This document shows, piece after piece, positions 22,425 through 33,961 of a stretch of DNA of 64,000 bases. Below the pieces are notes generated by a model, which was not told the origin of the DNA, made no database searches, and worked only from the letters and a program-made list of their open reading frames with translations. The stretch's first letter is position 1, and each line of letters opens with the position of its first letter. Both the position numbers and the translations under genes were made by a program. Origin of the DNA: Ascidiella aspersa (taxonomy: Eukaryota); NCBI GenBank assembly GCA_963924565.1, contig OZ004612.1, positions 26,102,001-26,166,000 on the forward strand. Direction: 5' to 3'.

Positions 22425-25144
22425 TAATTTATTATCAAGCTACATTACAGATCCGTGCATAGGTGTAAACCAATATTCCATCAAGATCACCAAAAAGATT
22501 ACAGCATTCTCAGTAAAGTCGAAAGATTGAAACCGCCATCAAATTGCTCTCAATAACACAGACTTCGAATTTTATGCGAAATGAACTGCAAAATTTAAGT
22601 GCGCAAACGACTGCACAAGCAAACAACGTGTGTATATATTTTTCTGGCTAAGAGCGGTCTATTTAGTACCCTGGATAACATAATTTAACTAAATGTCAAA
22701 TCAGAATTGTAACGTTAGCTAAACTTTTATAATTTCACACGAGGTTGTTGCGAGATAATTGAATCACTTTGACTCTGGGGTTCTTAAATTTTTTACGCCG
22801 ACCTCTAAAATGTTTTTGGTTTACGGCATTGAACTTTGAGAGATGACGTCAGAAACTGCGTCATAATTTGAGTAGACTTTAGGAAACCTGACGTTTCGGT
22901 CAAAAAAAAATGAAACGGATATAATCTATAAATTACGTTTTTTTTCTTTTGAAAATTTTAATTTACTTTTTTTTTGTTTGAAACAAATTATTTAACTTTT
23001 TTGATTTCACGTTTATTTGACGTTAGCTTTCAACGCACCAATAATAGCACTTGCGTATTTTGACAAATATTATTGCCATTGGGCAACTATAAATTCCTTG
23101 CCAACAATTGCAGCGTAAATATTTATATAAATTGTCCAGTTTGCCTGTTTAAATTAGAGAATACCGGTTTAAACCACCAATCAGAGGTTTGTTTATTTTT
23201 CTCGTGGAATGTAATTATGTTGTCGCTGACACTCGAACGACACACAACGCATGCACACAAGGATGAATAGGCGAGGATATAGTGCCACAGGAGGCAATTA
23301 AAATTTCACAAAGGGGCCCTAACACAATAGCTTATTGACATTTGTCAATTAGCAAATTAGACACGTGAAAAATCAGGGATCGCCAAATCTATATAATTTA
23401 ATACTTTTAAATTGCCTGTCACACTTCTATAGCAAAGAGTATTAATTTATAACTAGTATTAACTGCATGGTTGAATTACTTACAAGCATTTATCGAAACG
23501 AGAAAAGGTAAATGAAACAATTAATTTTCCAAAGGATGCCTTTTTCTTCGTGATTGGGACGAACTCAATGCTACCAATCTCTAGATTCTGTTAAGAAAGA
23601 AAATACCTTTGTTTGGTAAATTGGTTATTGACAGTACATAGAAAGTTCTCCCCTGCTTGAATAACACCTTGAAAAAGTTTTGACTGCGGAGCAAAACAAC
23701 TTTACAACTTAAATTTGATGTCTAGTGTATTTTTTGTTTAACATATTGGTAGGCGACGTTTTTATCTATGATTTACAAAAAGGCCAAACAATATAGACAA
23801 TAAATACAATATGCAAATTGATGTATGTAATTAATATATTCCTTTATGGTTTTGCTTCGATCTTTTACGATATGGAGAAAAGATCAACAACTAGAAATGT
23901 CGGAGCAGACTTGATCCCAAAATTAACAAAAATAGTTAAAATATTATTATTATTATTATTTCATCAATTATTAATATATTATTTGTTTCTACAGTGCGGA
24001 CAAGTATGCAAAATAACTGTAGATATTTGTTTTTAAAATTGAGCCTAATAGTCTTGGCTTTACAGAGAGAGGGGTCACAGGGCCAGGACGTTATATCTAA
24101 CGTGACAAAATAGTTTTGATCGAAAAATTTGGAAAATAAATCGGTGGTAAACTATTTTCCATTTTCGATATGCAAAGGATTTAAAAGGAAAATGGAATTT
24201 AAAGATTTGCCCTCTCTACTGTTGATATGGGATCCATAAAGCAGCTTTAACAAGTTTAAGCCGCATCTGGTTGTTCAAACATTGCGACCGGTAGTAAAAC
24301 GATAGCAATGTTCTTTACGTGCAACCAAAAATGATTTTTCTACGTCATTCTTTTTTAACTGTTACATTATTACTCACGAAATGTTATCTCGACCTCAATT
24401 TGGCCAGTGTTAAAATTTTGGTTCGATGGTTTTAAAATGAAACTAAGAAAGTACGGTCAATGATTCTTTGCCACGGTCTCAGACTATCTTGGGTCTTGTT
24501 AGTTATTGCGCATAAACTTACATCTACAGCAGATCGTTAAACTGCCGATTCACAAAAAAAAACTAGGAAATACTCCGATTCGCGAAATTTGAAACGATTG
24601 TAACAGCTTCGTCACTATTTTTGGACAACAAATATATTGTTGCTACGAGCATAGTATAAGAGGAAGCTCTTGTTGTACATCCTGGAGTATTAAATAAGCG
24701 AATTTGATAGTCTTTTTTACATTTTGCTTAACTATACGTTATATTATGGCCGGAAAAAGATGCTATATACGGTTTAGGCGATGCACAGTACAAAAATGTG
24801 TGACCCTTGATCTATAAACATCTGATGTATCTTGAAGTTTATTTGCAGGCGGGGCTATTGGCCATTTAGTTGAAACGCGTAGGGAGGCTATACATAGTTA
24901 CAAAACTTTTAAAAATATAGAATTATGAACGCTTAAAAGGATCAATCATGGCCTGTCTTTAGACTGTTTTATAGAAGTTTTAACAAGTAGTAGCACGCCG
25001 ACTTCCCTATCATAAAAACGGGCAACACTTAAGATCTTAAAAAATGTAGAACCTAAGGCAAGACACAGTTGTGTTGAAATTCGATACTTTAATGTGCAAC
25101 ACGGAGGCCTACAGGCAAATGCAATAACAACAGCATTGTTTTAC

Positions 25145-28100
25145 CTTTTAGACTCTCACAGTAGTCTCCCGTCACGAATTTGATGCAGTCGCACTTGCTT
25201 GTCCCATCAGGTCGTATTTTACAAACGCCGGCTTTTAAGCCAAATATTTCGTGGCACGATTTCCGGCCCACCTCACAGTTTTCGCGATCAGCGCAGCAAA
25301 ACACGGTGCCTGGCAAGGCTGAAAAGCACAACAATACCAAACATACTCTGAAAACAACACGATAAAATTTTTAGTCAAATTAAAGTTTTGCTTGTAAGGG
25401 ATTGACTTGGGTAAACGTTGTTTAAATTGTCTAGTTAATGTGTTTTGATGTGTTAACTTAATAAACGTTTTTTGGCAGTAATGTAATGACTAAATTAAAT
25501 GGTTTGACATGTGTACTACTTATTTTTCGGCTGAACCTATTTTTTTGCGAAATTACTCGGCATGACTAAAATCATTTTGGAAAGAAACTTGAGTTACATA
25601 TTTTCAAGTGTTTTCACTTTTTTCTAAAAATGCACTGAGGAAGAAAGGTTAACAAACTTATTTTGGGAAGTATTGTAATGACTTAAATCAATGGCTTGAT
25701 CTAATGGTTTCAAATGACAGAATTATACTAAGTTTTTGGCAAATTACGCAACACATTTGGCTTATGCTCGGTTATCGGTATCGGGGTATTGGACATCCCT
25801 ACCAAAGAACTAACTTGACATTTACTGACAATTGTAATAACTTTGCCTGAAACTTAAACGTCGATAACTATAAGTAAGACTTTCAGTGACTTGGTAGTCA
25901 TTGTTTAGTATGGTGTTAACCAGGGCTGCGGAGTCGGAGTCGGACTCGGGACTCGACGGAGTCGGTTTGTTTTGCCGGAGTCGGACTCGGGACTCGAGTA
26001 AGACCGCGTAAAACTACCCGAGTCCCGAGTCCGACGTGCGCATGCGCAGTATCAAATTTTTCAACTGTTAAGGCGGCAAATGTAAGTTGTAAAAGTGTAA
26101 TAGCAAATGGTGAAATAGTTTTCAACCATGTCATGGGGGTTGATCAATTATGACACCAATATGAGTGGATTGCAGAAAATCCACCTTAATTTAGTTGCGT
26201 AAATGGGTAAAATACAGGCTGTAGAGTCGGAGCTGGACTCAGGACTCGGGACTCGGGAGTTGGACTCGGGTGTATTTTTTTGGCCGGAGTCGGACTCGGG
26301 AGTCGGACTCGGGTTGTTTTTAACCGACTCCGCAGCCCTGGTGTTAACCTAGTAATCCTATAGGGTTATCAGTTGTGTGGTTATTATACTAAATGACCAT
26401 ACTGTATGCCTTGGGGCTAATGAAAGTGTTACTTCAATTGTACGTGTTGTTAATACTCGAACAAAGAATAAGTGAACCATAAATAATTAGTATAGTTCAG
26501 TGAACAAGTTGTTGTTGAAATTGAAGATCACCAATGATTTTTATAGTCATTCAAAAGACTTGACTTAATTCAAGTCTTGTGAGCAAAATAACACAATTTG
26601 GATAAAAAAAGTTGTTTGGGGAAAATTAATTGACTAATCTTGAAGTGCTATAACTGAAAATGTTTCAGTAAATTGAACTACTTAAATGTCAATTAGAAGT
26701 TCTTATCTTGCTACTAATTGTATGGTCCTTGGAGTTTTATTATGCAAAATGTTCAGAATAGAGCGTGTTCACCGAATTTCGTAAGGTCATTAGTTATTCT
26801 GGATGCAAATGACTTAAACTGCTATTTGTTAAAAGTGACTTGACTTGGACTTGATATGTTTTGCGAATGACATGACTGGAACTGTAGTCATTTAAAAATG
26901 ACTTCTTGGCAACACTCACTTTCTCTATTGGTAAATGTAAGGTTAGTCAGAGTTCTACAAAAATTTGTTTACTGATAAGTACATTGTGTTTTGAACGATT
27001 TAATACAACGAACATGGCAGTTCGCTGTAACTTCCATAATGCTTTCAATTAGAAGTTACATTATATAGGAACGAGCGAAAATGAATTGATAGAAGTCGTC
27101 TCACCGATTTCACAATCCCTGCCGGTGTACCCCAGCTTGCAGACACATTGGTGGTCGTTGTAGTAATTATCACACATTAAGATATTGTTGTTAAGAAAAG
27201 TTTGAGTCTGATCAACGTTGCAGGTCATCTCGGCGCATTGATCTGAATAGTACGAAATGCGATTTAAAAATAGGCCTTCGCAACGCTGTGATCAAGAGCG
27301 TTTTTTGTACAGATTAATCCAAATACTTTTCTATATAAACACTTACAAAATGAACAACTTAAGATTAACCGAAACATGCATGTTCAGTTTCTACAAAGCA
27401 AAACACCCTAACAGCAAAGTCCAAAAAATAATTGAAAATGTAAAATAGGTATATTACAGGTCAAACCTCGACAAATACCAATAGACGCACATTTGAAAGC
27501 TTATCATAACGTTTCAGTGATAACAAGCAATTTCTGTTGAACAAAAAAATTTTTATTGCTGTGTTTAAGAAATAGTCTAAAGATTTAATAGATTTGAGTA
27601 AAGAATCTTTCTTTTGCAATCAATTGTCGTCGTGAGATTTACATAAAAGGTATGTTTCGTTAAACGTTTATAGCGTTTTATTATTATTACTTTTACTGTA
27701 ACTTTACCAATATTTATTTAGACTAAAAATATCAAATTAAACTGTGCAATTGAATAGTATATTAGCGAATAAGTCAACTGACACTTCACATATGCAAAAT
27801 TATGACACGTTTGGCATGTAAAATCTTAAGTCACGTTGAGAGTTTTTAAAGGCAAAGTCATTTTTAGTGGTTCCTGCTTTGTCTAGGCGGCCCCAGGTAT
27901 CTTTAGCGGACACTTACGATGTGGTGATATTTTTTCGTTTCGTGACATCTAGAAACTGGCTGTATGCAAACATTTACATGACCCTGGGTTGGTGTAATTA
28001 TTTACCAATTCTGTAAGGGTTTGCCTACATATATTTCCTTAAACCTAATTATGAAGGATAAACGTGAAGTAGTGCATCTCATGATGGTGCAAAATGATAC

Positions 28101-30118
28101 AGCGTTGAAATACCGTTCATTTCACTTCTATTAAAGCCAGTGTATAGATATTTCATACTTTTGCTTTTTAAAATTTTGAAAAACGTGACTTGATTAAAAC
28201 TGTACAGAAAGCCATCGCAGACCCACCGAATCTGTCTATCAGGGATGCAAGCAAATTAGGCTAGGAACCAACAAGCCTGCAGTGAGGTTCGAACTCACGA
28301 CCTCCAGCCTTGCCCATACCAGGACGGTTCGGCACGCTAATGTAGTATTTTAGGCTGCCGTGCTTGTATCATTGCTACAGATTCGGTGAGTCTGCAATGG
28401 CTTTCGGTGTACTAATGATATGTAAGCCGTAATCGTTGGTCAACAAGCAGCTTCAGAAGGGCTACAGATAATAGTTGTTGAACACATATGTGTGTGTATC
28501 TTTCATTGTATATTAATTATTAAAACATATTTTAATTTCAGTATTTTAAAAGTTTTTGCCTTTAAAACGCAGCGTGCTTTAACGTTGCGCCATAAAGAAC
28601 TTAGAGGCAAATGGAAAAATATTCGACATATTTCTTTTTTATAATTTTGTTTATTTTTTCGTTCGTTTTTGCGCATTAAGCTTACAGTACTTTATAAATA
28701 TTATTCAAATGTGAGGCCTATGTAATAAATAGTTGCACGGAATCCGAAATAAATGCCAGTAAAAGAAAAAAATCGCGTCATAACGCCTAGAGTGGTCTTT
28801 GTGTGCGCACAGTCTTTTAAAAAGGGCAATGCAACAGTAACACTGCTTTAATTTGTAGCAAAAGAAAAACATTTTTTCGTTCATTCTCGGACAATTACCG
28901 GGTTAAAGCAATTATACGCACATTTTAAGTTCGAATCTTGTTTTGAACATGAAACTTTTTGTTACGTAGTATGGCGTAAATTCTTGTGATGTCATGTCGG
29001 AATAATTGTGTAAAATAATACTTGGCAAAGCCAGTAAAATTGATTTCAATATTCGCGATGAAACTCACCCTTCAAATGATTCCACTTCGCCGTCTGAAAA
29101 ACAAAAACAACAAGAGTTAGCTTCATATAATTATTATTTAATTATGGTTTTACAACTTGTAATTTTTTATTTGTGGTTTCACAACCATCAAAGATAACCT
29201 TAAAGTCAAGCTGACGTCCGTAAAACTGGTCTATAACAGGGAACTATACGCTTAATTCACTATACGGCAGCTAACTTTGCACTCATTACGTTAATTATAA
29301 CAATTTTGTAACTATTTAATTGTTCGCCAAGAGTATTAGGATCTCTTCAAGGGTTCCTGAAAAGAGGGTTATTAGTGTTGTAACTAACTATGTCAATTAC
29401 TTGACTTGACTTAAGTGCACTTAGGTCACTGTTTCCAAATGACTTGACTTCATTTGAAGTCTTTTGAGCACAATGATCTGAAATTTTGGATTTTGGACAA
29501 ATGACTTGGGTTGAAATGAGGTGTTTTTCCATTTAACATTATTTCATAAAATTGGTTATTTATCTCAAATTTTGTACAAATTATTTGCTTGCTCTTTGTT
29601 GGGTTTGGATTATTTTTTACCTGAGTTAACGCTCATAATGGGACGATCTTATCAATTTTAATAGTATATCGTTTAATTTGTATGACAACGACTAATTTTG
29701 ACTTGAAATTGACTTGCTCTAATTATGACTTGACTGGGGCTTGACTTGTTATGGAATAAAAATTACTTGACTTGGACTTAAGTTATTTTGCAAATGACTT
29801 GACTGGGACTTAATTACAGATTGCTTGTACTAATATAAATACAAATTGTCAACGGTGTCACGCTATGTTTAAGATTTGAATTGCAGCTTTTTTAATGTAA
29901 AAAGTGTCCGACAAATAAATGACAGCGCACAGATGATAAAACTACTGTCTTATTTCTTACAACTGTCGCGCTGTCTTCTGGCCATATTTCCTTAATTTCC
30001 TCCTTGTCGCATTGTTCTGTGATGCACTCGGATTTGAATGAAGCCTCATTTGCAGCATCAACGTTTCTCTTTGCGCGAGGAAAGAACTGAGAAGCTTCAC
30101 GCTTGCTGAGAAAAACGC
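25145..30118 (-). CDS. Vitamin K-dependent Gla-domain protein: propeptide-Gla, aromatic stack, EGF, EGF (partial model; first and last exons unresolved)
   Basis: Exon 30118-29961: VFLSKREASQFFPRAKR/NVDAANEASFKSECITEQCDKEEIKEIWPEDSATV (phase 1 to 0). Exon 29093-29069: 25 bp, TAKWNHLK (0 to 1). Exon 27242-27105: DQCAEMTC..MCDNYYNDHQCVCKLGYTGRDCEI (1 to 1). Exon 25318-25145: ..NCEVGRKSC..VCKIRPDGTSKCDCIKFVTGDYCESLK (1 to 1). All GT-AG and in frame. Confidence 0.88.
25921..26340. mobile_element. Intact GAGTCG/GGACTC-repeat hAT MITE
   Basis: TIR cagggctgcggagtcgg / ccgactccgcagccctg; exact TSD gtgttaac; lies in the intron between the two EGF exons. Confidence 0.92.
28208..28405. repeat. 28-bp inverted repeat enclosing a tRNA-derived (B-box-like) segment; SINE-like
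   Basis: aaagccatcgcagacccaccgaatctgt / acagattcggtgagtctgcaatggcttt. The core reads gaggtcgtgagttcgaacctcac on the minus strand; a similar core is at about 3262-3290, and a homologue of the right flank at about 50576-50700. Confidence 0.5.
29390..29812. mobile_element. Degenerate GACTT-family MITE in a Gla gene intron
   Basis: gacttgacttaagtgcacttaggtcac...gacttgactgggacttaa, colinear with 12144-12670. Confidence 0.75.
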
Positions 30119-31961
30119 CTGTGAACGAGACGAAATTTTCCCGAAAACAACTTTAAAATATAATAGGTTGAACACGAAACATATTTAAAACGTTCAAAAT
30201 GCTACATACTTTTGTATGGGCATTGAAATTTTTACAACAACCATCAACCATTATGAGCTAAACTTTAAAATAAAAGTTGATTTTAAATGGTCGAAATTGG
30301 ATCGAGATTAAAGACGCGTTTCCTAGGTTTAAGTTTCAATCATACATTAAAACATAAAATTCCAAGTTTCTTATGAACCGGTTAAACATTTATCTTGCCA
30401 AATTTTCGACACGAAAACCTGTCCCAATTTAACTTTTGTTATTTTTATTACTGACATAAGAAAGCGATTTGAAACATAGTGTCTGGTTTTCGTTTAATTA
30501 ATTGTACGCAATCTGAAGAGGCTGCCTCAGCGTTTTGTCAGCTATCTGCGAGGTCATTTTGTGTCAACACTGTGTCCCGTCCCAAGTAAGCGAATTGCAC
30601 AGTTTGCAAAAACGCAAGCACCATTTATGCAGAATGGATGGGCAAGCAAATATTTGTCTCGTGTTGGTAATCTCACGGCAAGAACGGGGTATGAGCACAT
30701 CTCATCGAAAATCATATAACATTCTTGTAGAAATTTGGAGATCTCTAATAACTAGCCACAATGAAGTCAACGTGGATGTAAGCAAGAATAAAACCTGCTT
30801 TAAATAATACTATAGATGTTTTAATGCAATGTTCATAATATTAGTTAATGTGATTTTTTGTGCACTACATACTTTCTGGGCAAACTGTTTATTTCCAAAA
30901 CGCTTTGTGCAGTCCGCAAAACCAATGTTTTGCCAACTAGACTAAATTGAAGTAGCTTTTTTGCATATTGAAGTTATGGTGTTCTTAATAATATTATGAA
31001 TTTTTTTTTCATTTGCAATGACCCCTGCAACTGACTGTTCGTTCTAGCTTGGACCAGTTTGTGTAGTGCTGTGTAATGATATCATTTAGGTGAATGTCAC
31101 GCAGAATCGTAATGTCTTTTGTCATTCAAGTTTATTTTGGATGTGTATGGTGGCCCATGATTGTCATCCTGTTTTTTTTTAATTGTTTTAACTACACAAA
31201 ACAATAATATTAAAAAAATGGTTTACAAAACTAATGTTAAAAAATCGACGTGGCCCAGGATTGCCATTCCCATATAAAACGCATTACGATCGGACAACCA
31301 CTATCCACTGCCATAATAAAATACTTAAATATATATGCAAGTATTCCATAGTGTTCTGTTCAAAGCAAGCGCTATAGATTTGCCACTTTGGCCGGTTGGC
31401 CTTCTGGCAGAATTTGTAACCTTGCAAAGTTGACGGTTTTTGTTTTTTATATAAAGATAGACTGTGTAAGTTATTCTAAAAATGCATAATATTATAACTG
31501 TTCAGTGTTTGACATAGTAGTATGTGGGCTCTGGTCTAGAATCCTACCACAACGCACATTATAGTCTTTGAGATGGGGTAGGTCAAGTAGTATTCTTAAA
31601 TAATAAATATAATAATACTTCTAAATGCTAACACGCACCCTAACCCAAATATTGTGCGTTGATTTAATAATTGTTTCAACGCTGTCTATATAGTATATTT
31701 TTATTAGTTTTATTTCCCCCTGGCTATTTCAATTTTTAAAGTCGTTTCGTTACTGTAAAAAAGTGGCTAAAATGTGAAGTTAGTTTGTGACCAGTTTTTA
31801 TTGGCAAACCCTGAATAATGCAATGCTATGAATTGTTTTTTTTTTTTTTAATTTCTGCTATAGAAACTAAAAATGAACGACTGGAAGAATAATGAAAGCC
31901 TAAAGGCTAGTCTAAATAAATAAGTAAGTAAAATCTTAGTAGAAGTGAGTTGTTAGATTTT

Positions 31962-32431
31962 ATGATGAGGGATTTCTCATGCTATCGTTGGAGTCTTAGG
32001 ACCTTGGGTCAAAGATTAGACCCTTTAATATTTTTGTGCAAGGTCAACAGCAACCATTGAAGAAGTAAGAACAGCACTTATTGAGAAATTGAATGGACCA
32101 GGACAGTGGTTGGATTACCGGGCAATGCATAAAAGGATGCGGCAGATATACAAATTTAGCATTCCAAGAGGATTAATTTATGAACTGGATTCTCAAGGTA
32201 TTAAACAAAGAACACCATGTTATAAGAAAAAATAAGATAATACCATTTACGTCATGTGGACCCAACTGGGTTCATTCTTTCGATGGCCATGACAAACTTA
32301 TGGACTATTAAGATATCGCATTTCCTATCGCTATTGATGGCTGCCTTGATTCGTGCAGCAGGAACCTATTGTGGGCTAATGTGTGGACAGCTAACAGCAA
32401 TCCAAAATTGATAGCAAGGTTTTACCTAGAT
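31962..32431 (+). pseudogene. Relic of an integrase-core (DDE) transposable-element ORF
   Basis: WSLRTL..RL..F; EKLNGPGQWLDYRAMHKRMRQ; GPNWVHSFDGHDKL; FPIAIDGCLDSCSRNLLW..VWTANSNPKLIARFYLD. Interrupted by stops and frameshifts. Confidence 0.75.
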
Positions 32432-33577
32432 TCCCCCGTGGGGGCGCCCATGCCTAACATGTTAGTTCTTAATATACTAAAGAGTTTTAAACACAGCTTT
32501 TAAAAAACACTAAATAAATAAATAAACAAAAATCTAAACAAAAATAGTTTATATATTCTCGATTAACGAATGCATGTGCGGATCCTTTTGTTTTATTATA
32601 AGCTAGATATTTTACATTAAAACTGGCAATACAAGGTCTTTTATTGTGCGATTTACCAGTTGTACAGCTGTAGTTGCCTCTTTCTGCTGAAGATATTCAG
32701 GTCGCCACCAAAATCATTTTATTTTGTGGTATCACGGAATGGATGTCCGGCACTTGGGGGCGCTGTATAGCCTGCAATTGTCCGATAGTTGTTGCACTCC
32801 ACAAGAAAACCATTTCTCCAACTTAATAGTATGCTTAGGGCTATTCAGAAACTGATTTAACAACAGGTAACCCAGCGATCGACAAAATTACTTTGGTTTA
32901 GGTAAGTGCTTCTATACCATTTTCGCTGCGACCAAAATACTAACCTAAAAAACAAAAAAAAAATAAATAAGCGAGGTATAATCAACAAGGATTTGGCCAC
33001 CCATATTACTTTACTTGAAGAATTTTTTTAAGCTTAAAAGGGAACAAAGTAGAAATCTGGCAATTACATCAATACGATTCAAAACCGATAGTAAAAAGCA
33101 ACGGTTCTGAACCTTTTGAGAGGTCAACATGTTTGATGGATGACAATGCTTAGCTGTATATATGGCAGTCTGATACATGGCAATTTTTTTTGATTCTGTA
33201 ACCTGATAGTTTTGCCAAAATGTATCTTGTTCCGATGCCATACCAAATTACGTCTGTCAAATAGGAAAATAATATAACAACAACTACATTTTCGGAAAAA
33301 TCATATTTGCAACATTTGCAACAATATTCAGTGACGAAGGCACTTAAATATCGAGCTCACCTTACTGTAATGTAGGTCTGTTGTTGGCCCCTTCGTCGGC
33401 TTGCAAAAAAGGTCGTCCAAAATAAGACGTCAAACGAGTGAAGGATACGGTGTCGCGTTTCGATTGCCCACAATAACTGCAGCTAAGTGGCAAGGTTCCC
33501 ACACTGAAACGACTTTGTGTGGCCAGTTTTCGCTTTGGGGCAGCTGTTTGTATTTATGCATATAGTTAGGTGGATAT

Positions 33578-33961
33578 CAGTGACGTAATGACTTAAGTCC
33601 ATGACTTGATAATTGCACGTAAGTCACTGTTTCAAATAGACTTGACTTGACTTAAGTCTTTTGGAGAATCAGTCAGGTTAAAATTAAATCCTTTCATTGA
33701 GCATTTTTCGTTATAAAATTGGGACATTTATACCAAGTTTTGTATTATGAAACAATTTGCTTTCTATATGTTGCGTTTTGTGTTATTTTTTAGGTAAGTT
33801 GTTGCTCATAAACGGACAAGTTCACCAATTTTAATAGTTTAACCTTCATTGTTTATGACAATGATGTGTGACTTGAAATTCACTGAAGTTCTTTGAAAAG
33901 TGACTTGACTTAGACTTGAAATGTGACTAAGTTCATTTCAAAATGACCTGTTCATAACACT
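33578..33961. mobile_element. Degenerate GACTT-family MITE
   Basis: cagtgacgtaatgacttaagtc ... aaatgacctgttcataacact. Confidence 0.7.

Noticed and set aside
22885-22902. gaccgaaacgtcagg on the minus strand as a second hammerhead
   Set aside because: No upstream CUGANGA core or stem II.
1418-25145. Splicing of the Gla-EGF-EGF exons (phase 1) onto an AG at 1419-1420 to make a Gla-EGF-LDLa fusion
   Set aside because: The LDLa ORF has its own in-frame ATG and signal peptide at 1464, and the 24-kb intron would contain two same-strand genes.
29957-30175. 72-aa ORF from the track
   Set aside because: Wrong frame; the Gla exon is in another frame and is bounded by splice sites.
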